Shown here: in pieces, positions 17,087 to 26,188 of the stretch
Numbering within the stretch: the first letter of the stretch is position 1
How the letters are laid out: each line of letters opens with the position of its first letter
Assembly (NCBI GenBank): GCA_937958675.1
Contig: CALGND010000020.1
Location: 10,017-42,016 of the forward strand
DNA length: 32,000 nt
Reading direction: 5' to 3'
DNA from: an uncultured Granulosicoccaceae bacterium
Lineage (GTDB): Bacteria > Pseudomonadota > Gammaproteobacteria > Granulosicoccales > Granulosicoccaceae
Made by a program: the position numbers and the translations under genes
The notes under the pieces: generated by a model
Database searches by the model: none
Told to the model about the DNA's origin: nothing
The model's input: the letters and a program-made list of their open reading frames with translations, nothing else

Positions 17087-19375
17087 TTAAGCGGCTCGTT
17101 GTTGGTCTAATGTCTTCACCAGGTAGGGTATGAACTCTTCCGTAGTAAGAGGTTTGCTAAAGAAGTAGCCTTGGACATACGGGCAATTTAGATTTTTAAG
17201 AAAGTCGAGCTGTTCGCTGGTTTCTACACCTTCTGCTACACATTCATATCCCAAACCCAGTGCAAGATCAGTAATGGCTTTGACCATCAATCTTGAGGTG
17301 GTATCGTCCGGTAGATGTTGAATGAAAGATCGGTCGATCTTCAAAGTATCTACTTCTAATTTACCGAGTACGGACAATGAACTGTAGCCGGTGCCGAAGT
17401 CATCTATGGCCACGCGGATTCCCGCCGCTCTCAGTTCATGACATATCTGAGTGTGGGCTATTGGGTCGCGGCTTAAGCTTTCTGTGATTTCGACTTCGAG
17501 ATCTGATGGCTTAATACCAACAGTAGCCACCGTGTCTATTACGAAATCTGTAAAACCCTCGGTGGCGAAATGATCACTAGATATGTTTACCGCCATCTCT
17601 AGTTGATACCCTTGGCTATTCCACTGCTTTAGTTGTTCACACGCTGTTACTAATACCCATTCGCCGATCTCTTTAATCACGCCCACACGCTCAGCGGTGG
17701 TAATGAACAAGTCGGGTGGTATTAAACCTTTGTCTGGGTGGCGCCATCGTATCAGGGCTTCAACACCGGCAACGCTGTTGTCGCTGACATCCATTTTTGG
17801 TTGATACCAGAGCTCAAAATCATTATCAGCTAAAGCTTGTCGCAGATCGGCCTCAAGGCGTACGCGTTCAGTAGCATCCTGATCCATGCTTTCACAGTAA
17901 AACGCCAAGTTGTGTTTACCATGTTGTTTTACATAGTACATAGCGGTGTCTGCGCGTTTGACTATTAGATCGGGCCGATCTCCGTGTTCTGGAAACACCG
18001 CGATGCCTATACTGAGTTTTGGATGAATGCAGTGATTGCCAATCCAAATGGGTTGATCACAGAAAGCTAAGACTCGTTGTGCGATTTTTTTAATTTGATC
18101 CCTGTCGCTGACATCATGCAGCACAATGCAAAATTCATCGCCACCTAAACGAGAGACAAAATTGGACCGACCGATGCATGATCGCATATGAACTGCAAAT
18201 GCGGATAAGTATGCGTCACCACATTCATGGCCATAGGAGTCGTTGACACCCTTAAAGTTATCTAAATCGATGTAGATGAGTGAGTAGTTTTGCGATGTAT
18301 TAGTGGCATGTGTGGTGTGGCGTTCTAGATGCTCATGAAAGTGAGCGCGATTGGCTAATTGGGTTAGGTCGTCATAATATGCCATGTTGTAGATCTTTTG
18401 CTCTGCTTTTTTTATCGCAGAAATGTCTTGAACAGAGCCAAATAAACACAAATTTCCGTCTGTGTCGGTCATGCGTTTTATCAACTGCCGCATGTGCCTA
18501 GGTGCTGGATCATCGGCTAAGCTTAAGCGATATTCGATCGCTGTTTCTTCGCTTTGTTCGTTTTCAATTATAGAGTTTAACGATGTGTTTATGATGTGCT
18601 TATCATCGGGGTGAACGCGTGCGAAGCAATGCTTGATTGATATAGAGTTACTATTATGCCCGAGCAATTTAGCAATATTGTCAGAAAGATCGACAGATTT
18701 GCTACCGATTTTCCATTGCCAGTAGCCCATTTGCGCCATTTGTTCAGTGGTTTTAATAAGCGCGATATTATTGTCTTGTGAGTCTTGTTTTAATCGCAAT
18801 AGTTCTAAGTAATTAGTGCCTACCTTAGAGCCACAGCTAATCAGAAACCCAAACACAAACAAGCTATACAAGGCTACTTCGAGTGAAAATTGAGTACTAA
18901 CGCTTAGTAACTTTACTTCTACTGATAAAAACAGGATGAGTTGAAATACTAACGAAAGTTTGTTGTCGTAGGGTAGGGAGGCTAATGCGCCTCCTGCGAC
19001 TGCACCAATTGTGAGTACTAACAAAACTTGGTATGCGGGGTGGTCCGCTGGAAACATAAGCCAGATAGAACTGGCCCAAGCAGCTGAAGATGCCAATGCC
19101 AGCCAATAGAATCGAGTGCTCCAATGGCGCGTTCGTGACTCTGCCGAGGAGTCACGTTTAAATTGATAGCTATCGAGGACTCGAAAAAGGTAAATGGATG
19201 AAACGATCGCCATCCACAAATAGGCCATGGTGACATCGACGATAGAGTCAAATGTGCTCACAAGCACTACTGATGCTGCAAGAGAGCCAATGGCTGAAAA
19301 CTTTACGCCAGAGTACAGAAGCACATTTTGATTATGCCGAATGGTGTCTCGCCTGCTTGTGGATCCATCACCCAT
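17087..19375 (-). CDS. Membrane-anchored PAS-GGDEF-EAL c-di-GMP signalling protein
   Basis: The N-terminal ~190 aa has multiple TM helices, followed by a PAS-like region. The GGDEF motif (RLGGDEFCIV) and the EAL motif (VEALIRW, plus DDFGTGYSS) are both intact. Confidence 0.9.
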   Translation of the reverse strand: MGDGSTSRRDTIRHNQNVLLYSGVKFSAIGSLAASVVLVSTFDSIVDVTMAYLWMAIVSSIYLFRVLDSYQFKRDSSAESRTRHWSTRFYWLALASSAAWASSIWLMFPADHPAYQVLLVLTIGAVAGGALASLPYDNKLSLVFQLILFLSVEVKLLSVSTQFSLEVALYSLFVFGFLISCGSKVGTNYLELLRLKQDSQDNNIALIKTTEQMAQMGYWQWKIGSKSVDLSDNIAKLLGHNSNSISIKHCFARVHPDDKHIINTSLNSIIENEQSEETAIEYRLSLADDPAPRHMRQLIKRMTDTDGNLCLFGSVQDISAIKKAEQKIYNMAYYDDLTQLANRAHFHEHLERHTTHATNTSQNYSLIYIDLDNFKGVNDSYGHECGDAYLSAFAVHMRSCIGRSNFVSRLGGDEFCIVLHDVSDRDQIKKIAQRVLAFCDQPIWIGNHCIHPKLSIGIAVFPEHGDRPDLIVKRADTAMYYVKQHGKHNLAFYCESMDQDATERVRLEADLRQALADNDFELWYQPKMDVSDNSVAGVEALIRWRHPDKGLIPPDLFITTAERVGVIKEIGEWVLVTACEQLKQWNSQGYQLEMAVNISSDHFATEGFTDFVIDTVATVGIKPSDLEVEITESLSRDPIAHTQICHELRAAGIRVAIDDFGTGYSSLSVLGKLEVDTLKIDRSFIQHLPDDTTSRLMVKAITDLALGLGYECVAEGVETSEQLDFLKNLNCPYVQGYFFSKPLTTEEFIPYLVKTLDQQRAA

Positions 19376-19669
19376 AGTGGTACATCATTCTCGAAATAGT
19401 GGTCTATTCGAGATTCCTCATCCACTGAAAATATCCCGAGATTGTAGCGTTTCCGTGTTCTCTTCCTTGTAACGGCTAGATTCGGGTTTCCTTGACTGCG
19501 CAATCGCCTTTTTTTGGTATCTCGGAAGCCAGTAAAATAGTCGAAAAATCAGCAGGATAGTCGTACTAAGCGCAGCGTCGCTTGTGCTCGCTGTTATGGA
19601 TTGCAACCATTGGCCTATTTGGCCGAAAAACAGGTACATTGGAACGCTCGTTCCACCGGTTTGGATCGC

Positions 19670-20041
19670 ATGAAGAAGTCTGATCAGAGCAAACTCGATA
19701 AGTTGGTCGCGAGTGCAAGGGCAGATTACGCCACCCGCGAGAAAGGGTATCGACAACGGGCGCTTAAGCTCTATCCATGGATATGCGGCCGATGTATGCG
19801 CGAATTCACGCAAGTCAATTTGCAAGAGCTCACGGTGCACCACCGTGATCACAACCACGATAACAATCCCGCCGATGGCAGTAACTGGGAATTGCTATGT
19901 GTTTATTGTCACGACAACGAACACCAGCGATTAGTAGAGCAGCAAACAGCGGGTGATAGAGATCAAGGTAAAGCGGCAACACATAACCCTTTTGCTAATC
20001 TAGAATCACTGATAAAGACAAAACCAACGCAAAGTGATTAA
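19670..20041 (+). CDS. yajD: HNH nuclease family protein YajD
   Basis: REKGYRQRALKLYPWICGRCMREF...LTVHHRDHNHDNNPADGSNWELLCVYCHDNEH is colinear with E. coli YajD as I recall it. The start is set at the Met of MKKSDQ; the ORF is open from 19601. Confidence 0.8.
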   Translation: MKKSDQSKLDKLVASARADYATREKGYRQRALKLYPWICGRCMREFTQVNLQELTVHHRDHNHDNNPADGSNWELLCVYCHDNEHQRLVEQQTAGDRDQGKAATHNPFANLESLIKTKPTQSD

Positions 20042-20112
20042 AAAAGAGTGTCAGCCTGCCACGAGCAACGTTAGCTATAAAAATATCATGAACGAAGCTT
20101 GATGGCCTAAGC

Positions 20113-20140
20113 CGTCTACTCTGAGACGTCTACTCTGAGA
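20113..20140. repeat. 14-bp perfect tandem duplication CGTCTACTCTGAGA x2 spanning the cysG stop codon
   Basis: The copies are at 20113-20126 and 20127-20140. The cysG stop (TAG on the minus strand) is at 20130-20132. Confidence 0.85.
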
Positions 20141-21551
20141 AGTGAGAACTGCTTGAATCTGTGCTCGCTTGCTCAGGTTGAAACCAGCGTAAAGACTGAT
20201 GCAAGCTCACCACGTTTCCGATGATGAGAAGCGTCGGTGCGCGAACGTTGCTCTTCTTAACTACCTCGGGTAATTCGCCTAGTGTGCTGATATGGACACG
20301 TTGATTAGGCGTTGTGCCTTGCTCCACTAGTGCGGCTGGCGTAACGTTGCTTCTGCCTACGGATATCAGCTTTTCGCAAATTTGATTTAGGCCGCTTAGC
20401 CCCATGTAAATCACAATTGTCTGTGTTGGGTCGCGTAGGTCTTGCCAATTTAAATTAATTTCGCCGTTTTTTAGGTGTCCGGTAACAAAGACGCATGATT
20501 GCGCATGATCGCGATGCGTCAACGGAATGCCCGTAAATGCTGCGCACCCAGATGCAGCTGTAATACCGGGTACTACTTGAAAAGGAATGTTGTGTTTGGC
20601 TAGGGTTTCGATCTCTTCGCCTCCGCGGCCAAAAATAAAAGGATCACCACCTTTTAAGCGCACCACTCTATGGCCCTCTAATGCTAGATCCACCAGAAGT
20701 TGATTGATTGAAACTTGCGCCATGGTGTGTTCAGATTTTGCTTTGCCTGCATAAAGTAGCTGGGCATCCTTGCGGCGCATTTCAACGATACTTTTACTCA
20801 CCAAGCGATCATAAACAATAACGTCTGCGGATTGAATGAGCTGTAATGCTCGCAGTGTTAGTAAGTCGGGATCGCCTGGCCCGGATCCCACAAGTGATAC
20901 AAAGCCATTGCCTGAGTTTTTCTCTGCATTCGGATCGTATGTATTTATGGCGTTCTCTAATACATGTTCAAAGTGGGCTGCCGTGTTTGACGCTGTTGGC
21001 AGTGCTAGCGGAGCATCAAGCAGAGGTCGCCAAAACTTCGCTCGTTCTTTTTGCTTGGGAATCAGCTTTTCGATCCTATCTTGATGGTGTTCTAATAGTT
21101 CCGCCATTTGTGCAAAAGCTGCTGGTATGAGCCTATCGAGCTTGCGTTTTAAATTAAGCACCAATGCCGGTGCTGCGCCGCCAGAGCTAAGCGCAATTAA
21201 TAGAGGTGAGCGGTCAATAATGGCAGGCAAGGCAAATGAGCTGGCTTCTTGGTTGTTTACTTCGTGACAAAACGTACGATATGTTTCGCAGGCCTTAGTC
21301 ACTTCGGCATTTAGATCTTCATCGCCAGTGGCTGCAATAACCAACCAATAGTCAGCGGGATCATCTTGCTGGAAGCTACGTTCGAGATACTGATGTAGAC
21401 CCTCAAGCTGCGGCTTTGTTTCGGTGCTCACCATTGTCACCAAAGCCCCTGCCCGAATTAGTGCGCGAGCTCGCCATTGGGCATTAGATCCGGCGCCAAC
21501 AACCAGGCAGTCGCGGTTTTGGAGCGATAGAAAGGCGGGGTATTGGCGCAT
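20130..21551 (-). CDS. cysG: Siroheme synthase (multifunctional CysG)
   Basis: The N-terminal NAD-binding precorrin-2 dehydrogenase/ferrochelatase part has CLVVGAGSNA. The C-terminal SUMT domain has LVGSGPGDPDLLTLRALQLIQSADVIVYD and GGDPFIFGRGGEE. Confidence 0.9.
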   Translation of the reverse strand: MRQYPAFLSLQNRDCLVVGAGSNAQWRARALIRAGALVTMVSTETKPQLEGLHQYLERSFQQDDPADYWLVIAATGDEDLNAEVTKACETYRTFCHEVNNQEASSFALPAIIDRSPLLIALSSGGAAPALVLNLKRKLDRLIPAAFAQMAELLEHHQDRIEKLIPKQKERAKFWRPLLDAPLALPTASNTAAHFEHVLENAINTYDPNAEKNSGNGFVSLVGSGPGDPDLLTLRALQLIQSADVIVYDRLVSKSIVEMRRKDAQLLYAGKAKSEHTMAQVSINQLLVDLALEGHRVVRLKGGDPFIFGRGGEEIETLAKHNIPFQVVPGITAASGCAAFTGIPLTHRDHAQSCVFVTGHLKNGEINLNWQDLRDPTQTIVIYMGLSGLNQICEKLISVGRSNVTPAALVEQGTTPNQRVHISTLGELPEVVKKSNVRAPTLLIIGNVVSLHQSLRWFQPEQASTDSSSSHFSE

Positions 21552-21730
21552 GGAATGTAGCTGTATGTCTTATGGTTAATCAGTACGATACCGCTTCATG
21601 GCTATAGTGTGTACCGCAACGCGGATATACGCTATTTCATCCAGAGTGGTAATCTATTACCTTAGATATATAGTATGAGGCGTAAACAACGAATACCCTT
21701 ATACCATGCCGTTTTACAGAGTATATTCTC

Positions 21731-21952
21731 TTGGAATACCACATTTTCGAAATAAACGCCTTTAATCAGCTGACGCATCTGCAAAGTGTCCCGGATTACC
21801 GAGAGGCGAAAAAACTGGTTAATGAACAGCGAAAAAGGCAGAACCTAGCACCCAATACTACCTTTCGCATGATGTTTGCGGAAAACATCCACCAGGCAGA
21901 AAGATTATTGAAAGAAAAACGAGAAGCACGTCCAATGGGCGAGCACGATTAG
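21731..21952 (+). CDS. Small hypothetical protein (73 aa, TTG start)
   Basis: An ORF in the gap upstream of tusA with a lysine/arginine-rich helical sequence. No motif recognised, and the non-ATG start lowers confidence. Confidence 0.4.
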   Translation: MEYHIFEINAFNQLTHLQSVPDYREAKKLVNEQRKRQNLAPNTTFRMMFAENIHQAERLLKEKREARPMGEHD

Positions 21953-21999
21953 ATTTTACAATTTAGGTTTACGATTAAACATAAATAAGGCAAAAATAT

Positions 22000-22239
22000 A
22001 TGAGCGATGCAACTGATGTCACTAAGGAACTCGATACAACGGGCCTTAACTGCCCGATGCCAATTATTCGAGCAAAAAAGGCACTTAAAGAGCTGCAACC
22101 AGGCGACATACTGCGCGTCACAGCAACTGACCCTGGTTCCGTGAAAGACTTTGAAGCATTTGCTAAGCAAACTGGGAACGAGCTACTCGACTCCTTGACC
22201 GAAGGCGATACCTTTATTTACCGATTGAAGAAAGGATAG
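22000..22239 (+). CDS. tusA: TusA/SirA-family sulfurtransferase
   Basis: 79 aa with the active-site LDTTGLNCPMPIIRAKKAL (CPxP cysteine). Confidence 0.85.
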   Translation: MSDATDVTKELDTTGLNCPMPIIRAKKALKELQPGDILRVTATDPGSVKDFEAFAKQTGNELLDSLTEGDTFIYRLKKG

Positions 22240-22385
22240 AAGAAAGACTAGTTGTCTGTAACACGGTCGGATCGTAGGTCCGGCTCGTAAACCCTATTGT
22301 TTAAAACTTCTTCTTTTATTTGCACCTGACTTATACGATTGTTGAGTGCGATAAACCATTCGAATAATCAAGCTGAGACTCATTG

Positions 22386-23525
22386 ATGGAATTGACTAAT
22401 ATTCATTATGTTGCCGCAATTGGTTTTGCGCTAGCGTTTGTTTTTGGTGCTGTGGTAAACAAAACTAATTTTTGTACCATGGGGGCCGTCAGTGACTGGG
22501 TTAATATGGGGTTAAAGGGGCGCTTTGGTGCTTGGCTTTTAGCGATGGGAGTCGCGGTAGGTGGCGCGCAGCTTCTTGAGCTTAGCGGACAGATTGATTT
22601 AACGGAGAGTATTTATCGAACAACCACACTTGGCTTGGGTGGTCTAATTATTGGTGGCTTGATGTTTGGTGTGGGCATGACGCTATCAGGCGGTTGTGGG
22701 CAACGCACACTTGTCCGTGTTGGATCTGGCAACTTAAAGTCGTTGGTCGTGTTCATTATATTAGGCCTAACCGCATATATGACTTTGCGCGGTATCATCG
22801 GTGTTGCCCGCATCGAATTAATTGAACCCCTTTCGCTTGATTTGGCAGAGCAAGGTATCGAAGATCAAGGACTAGCATCCACAATCCTCCCTTGGCTAAA
22901 CATTGAAGTCACTGACGGTTTGCGATGGGCTTTTGCTGGAGTCGTATCGATTGTGTTGATTGGTATAGCATTCAGTATTGAAGAGCTTCGTAGTAACTTT
23001 GACAATTGGTTTAGCGGTATTGTGGTTGGTGCTGTAGTGGTTGGCGCTTGGGTCATTACTGGCATCTTTGGGTATGATGACTTCGATCCAGTACCGTTAG
23101 AGGGCTTAAGCTTTGTCGCTCCGACAGGCAATTCAATAAGCTACCTAATGACCTACACCGGTTCCACAATCAGTTTTGCAATCGCAGTGGTATTTGGCGT
23201 AATCGCCGGTTCGTTTGTCTATTCCGTTATCAGCAGAACCTTCAGGATCGAAACCTTTAGTCAACGCGGTGATATGATCAACCATATGATCGGTGGTGCG
23301 CTGATGGGAATCGGTGGTGTGTTGTCTCTGGGATGCACGATCGGGCAAGGCGTCACCGGTATCTCTACGTTGGCGCTAGGTTCTATCATCGCCACTATAT
23401 CGATTATGCTGGGATGTGCGATCACGATGCGCGTGCAGTATCACCGTTTGGATGAGCGCGGAGTGCTTAGTTCGCTATTCGGTGGGATAGCCGACATCGT
23501 TATTCCTTGGCGAAAAATGGCGTGA
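22386..23525 (+). CDS. yeeE: YeeE/YedE family sulfur-compound (thiosulfate) transporter
   Basis: Polytopic membrane protein with the conserved Cys-containing loops NFCTMGAVSD, LSGGCGQR and LGCTIGQG. Paired with a TusA-like gene. Confidence 0.8.
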   Translation: MELTNIHYVAAIGFALAFVFGAVVNKTNFCTMGAVSDWVNMGLKGRFGAWLLAMGVAVGGAQLLELSGQIDLTESIYRTTTLGLGGLIIGGLMFGVGMTLSGGCGQRTLVRVGSGNLKSLVVFIILGLTAYMTLRGIIGVARIELIEPLSLDLAEQGIEDQGLASTILPWLNIEVTDGLRWAFAGVVSIVLIGIAFSIEELRSNFDNWFSGIVVGAVVVGAWVITGIFGYDDFDPVPLEGLSFVAPTGNSISYLMTYTGSTISFAIAVVFGVIAGSFVYSVISRTFRIETFSQRGDMINHMIGGALMGIGGVLSLGCTIGQGVTGISTLALGSIIATISIMLGCAITMRVQYHRLDERGVLSSLFGGIADIVIPWRKMA

Positions 23526-23526
23526 T

Positions 23527-23949
23527 ATGACCGAAAGTAAGATTCAATTTTTTAAAGAATCACCAGCCGATGCACAACGCCTAGAGCCGTCAACCTGCAC
23601 CGAAGCGGAAACGTTCGTATTGCAAGTACTGGACGACAGTATGGAGCCAGAGTTCGCTCAAGGTTGTATGATTGTGATCGATCCCACCGGCCTTGCGACC
23701 CATGGTAGCTATGTGCTGGCTCGGCGCGCAGCAGATAAAAGCAGTCAAGCAACATCAGATGATCCCGAAGCCGCGGTGGAAGATTTTCATTTCAGGCAAC
23801 TACAGTGTCGCGAAGATGATAGCTGGCATTTGTGCTCTCTAAACGATGCTTACCCGAGCGAAAGCACTCCATCTGATTTTAGTGAGATTATTGGTGTGAT
23901 CGTACAACGAGCAGGTACTCGGCGCCGTTATCATAAACGGTACGATTAG
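23527..23949 (+). CDS. S24 (LexA/UmuD-type) peptidase-like domain protein without an HTH domain
   Basis: VLDDSMEPEFAQGCMIVIDP matches the G/D-D-S-M-x-P nucleophile block. The start is 1 nt after the yeeE stop. The position where S24 enzymes carry the general-base Lys reads FHFRQL. Confidence 0.55.
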   Translation: MTESKIQFFKESPADAQRLEPSTCTEAETFVLQVLDDSMEPEFAQGCMIVIDPTGLATHGSYVLARRAADKSSQATSDDPEAAVEDFHFRQLQCREDDSWHLCSLNDAYPSESTPSDFSEIIGVIVQRAGTRRRYHKRYD

Positions 23950-23981
23950 TCTGCGCTGTCTGATGTTCCGTTGATAAGCGA

Positions 23982-24656
23982 TTACACGTCAGCCCAGAGC
24001 CGTAACAAATTGGCATACACCTGTTCAATTTGTGTCGTTATCTGAGCCTTGGGTGTGCTTTGGTGAAGTGCCTGACGGGCTTCGTCAAGATCATGCAATA
24101 ACTCTCGCTGCTGTGCATCGCGCACCATGCTCTGCGCCCATAAAGCACACACCACTCTTTCGCCCCGTGTTACCGGGGTTACTTCATGCAAACTTGACGC
24201 AGGGTATGCCACGGCGCTACCAGCAGGTAATTTCACAGACACCGGACCAAAGCGCGACTGAATCTTGAGCTCCCCACCATCGTAGGTGTCGGGTTCACTT
24301 AGAAATACGGTGACGGCCACATCGCTTCGATAACGCGAATTTAGGCTGCCCATGATCGGGTCGTCGATATGTCGCCCATAATGCATTCCAGGCAAGCACC
24401 TTGAAACAAACGCTGCTGATACTTTTAAAGGTAATACCATGCTCTGGAAAACTGGGTGAGAGTAAAGCTGAGTCACCACAAGCTGATTGATCGCCTTCCA
24501 GCTCTCGCTACCTTGATCCATCTCCTCATTCGCTTTTTTGGAGCGCGCCGAAGCGCCAGCACTTGCCGCCCCAGATTGCCATTGGGCTGTTGCGATATGA
24601 GTCCGGATTGTTTCAAGGTCTGTGGCACTTAATACGTGCTTAATGTTACTTTGCAT
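23982..24656 (-). CDS. PKHD-type Fe(II)/2-oxoglutarate hydroxylase (PiuC/YbiX family)
   Basis: YGRHIDD (HxD) and FLSEPDTYDGGELKI...VKLPAGSAVAYPASSLHEVTPVTRGERV are colinear with E. coli YbiX as I recall it. The start is set at MQSNIKH (24656); the ORF is open to 24713. Confidence 0.8.
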   Translation of the reverse strand: MQSNIKHVLSATDLETIRTHIATAQWQSGAASAGASARSKKANEEMDQGSESWKAINQLVVTQLYSHPVFQSMVLPLKVSAAFVSRCLPGMHYGRHIDDPIMGSLNSRYRSDVAVTVFLSEPDTYDGGELKIQSRFGPVSVKLPAGSAVAYPASSLHEVTPVTRGERVVCALWAQSMVRDAQQRELLHDLDEARQALHQSTPKAQITTQIEQVYANLLRLWADV

Positions 24657-24719
24657 GGGGCGTGAGCATCTCCGGATCAGGCAGCTATTGGCATGGCTGG
24701 GTTGGACTATCAAGTTTAG

Positions 24720-25316
24720 CTAGGCGAATAGAACCCAAGTGGTAGCAATGTATTTAACACCTTTTTCCAGTGTGACACCACGGTGCTCGTGAGTCCAGAA
24801 CGGTGGAAACAACAATAGTTTTCCAGCTTCAGGCTTTATCCTCACCGCATGGTGTTTAAACTCTGTTTCCCCGCCAGGCCCAGCCACATCGTTTAAATAC
24901 CAGATTGCCACCAGCTGCCGATCAGCAAAAGAATGGCTGCCGCCGTCAATGTGCCAATGGAAGAATTCGCCTGGCTCGGTGCGCTGAATAGCGTAGCCGA
25001 AATCTTTAAACCGGCCGCGAAAAAAAGCATGCTGCTCACGCATTACGTTTAGCGCGCCGCCCAGAGAAGAGAACAGCATACGATCAACATCTTTCCAATG
25101 ATCTTTGCCGCTAATAACTAGATCGGTAGATCGCTTGATATCCATTTGCTCAACTTCATTTTGCCCGATACGTCCCTGATATTGCTCGTCAGTGGCATCT
25201 TCAAAACGTTTTATTACGTCGCTACAAAACTCTGTAGTGAGTACATTGTCAGCAACATAGATATGTGAGCCTGGTTTGGTTTCAAAGAGTGTGTGGGTGG
25301 TCAATGTGTTGTTCAC
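24720..25316 (-). CDS. 2OG-Fe(II) oxygenase superfamily protein (prolyl-4-hydroxylase-like)
   Basis: HWHIDG (HxD) and the distal His in FWTHEHRG. The GTG start is the first codon after an in-frame TGA. Confidence 0.7.
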   Translation of the reverse strand: MNNTLTTHTLFETKPGSHIYVADNVLTTEFCSDVIKRFEDATDEQYQGRIGQNEVEQMDIKRSTDLVISGKDHWKDVDRMLFSSLGGALNVMREQHAFFRGRFKDFGYAIQRTEPGEFFHWHIDGGSHSFADRQLVAIWYLNDVAGPGGETEFKHHAVRIKPEAGKLLLFPPFWTHEHRGVTLEKGVKYIATTWVLFA

Positions 25317-25528
25317 TCATGTTTGACTAGAGGAGGATATAAGGGACAGCGACAATTCTTTTATATCGACTCCATTGCAGGAGTAGTTTCTTGCGTAACG
25401 CACATCTGAAATTGCACAATTAAACTGCACGTCTTCACAAAGAGTGGTCAGTTGCTGGCCTGAAAGAGTGCTCATAGGGTTAGAATAGCATGAGGCTAGG
25501 CACTGCAAGCTTGGATAAGATTTAGACT

Positions 25529-26134
25529 ATGGTTGTTCGTCGTATAAAAGATCGTTGGCACAACTCCACGCCAGAGGATACTAAGCGTGAGGTGCTGACC
25601 GAGAAGTCCTTAAAGGATCAGGCCAGTGCGCTAGCGTTTATTCAATGGCGAACCGCGTTGAATGGTGCGATCAATTTACATGACGAAGATTTTCGCTACG
25701 ATGACGATCAGCAACGCATCGGTGTTATCACTGAGTATCTTGCATTTCAAATTCAACTGGTTGATAGGCTGTGCAGTGAGTTTCTATCAGACCCCGAGCG
25801 CGAAACACTGATTTCAGAGATTTGCCGTAAAGCGGCGGACCAGATACAAGATAACCTCACCGATATCGCCGGAGAAGGGCAATACCGGCCGCCGTTTATC
25901 GCCTTGCTTAATCAGCGCTTTGGCGAATACTCAACCTTGGAGTACAACGACGGCCAGCCCAATTACGAAGTTAGACGTTTTTTGGGGCACTGCGTGCTCA
26001 TGTTGCTGGGCGAAGATCAAACTAATAGGTGGGTGATCGATCAAGTCATTGATATCGAAGCCCCCGAGTTTATTGATCAAAATGTCAAATCGCTCAACAG
26101 ATTGTTTGGGCGGGATACTGACCGGAATAAATAG
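25529..26134 (+). CDS. Hypothetical protein (201 aa)
   Basis: A long ORF with coding-like composition. No motif recognised. Confidence 0.6.
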   Translation: MVVRRIKDRWHNSTPEDTKREVLTEKSLKDQASALAFIQWRTALNGAINLHDEDFRYDDDQQRIGVITEYLAFQIQLVDRLCSEFLSDPERETLISEICRKAADQIQDNLTDIAGEGQYRPPFIALLNQRFGEYSTLEYNDGQPNYEVRRFLGHCVLMLLGEDQTNRWVIDQVIDIEAPEFIDQNVKSLNRLFGRDTDRNK

Positions 26135-26188
26135 CCTATAACCAAAGGTATATATAACCTGCTTTAGGATTCCACTAAACTATTAGAC

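Noticed and set aside
19418-19858. 146-aa minus-strand ORF overlapping the 5' part of yajD and the intergenic region.
   Set aside because: The plus-strand frame gives a full-length YajD-like HNH protein. The minus-strand product has no recognisable features and would run through the divergent promoter region.
19670-20041. HNH nuclease as a defence or homing-endonuclease element.
   Set aside because: It is colinear with the small housekeeping-type YajD protein that is widespread in gammaproteobacteria. No partner genes (methylase, ATPase or phage genes) flank it.
22240-22385. Hairpin GUCGGA-N7-UCCGGC and flanking AGAAGAAAG/CTTCTTCTTT complementarity between tusA and yeeE, as a riboswitch or attenuator.
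   Set aside because: The stems are short and need a G-U pair. No T-tract follows, and I recognise no known riboswitch consensus. This is too weak to call without covariation data.
25317-25508. 63-aa cysteine-rich ORF as a RiPP precursor for the adjacent 2OG oxygenases.
   Set aside because: It occupies the whole divergent promoter region and has no ribosome-binding site that I can see. Its sequence has no leader/core organisation. I report it only as part of the in-frame-TGA observation.
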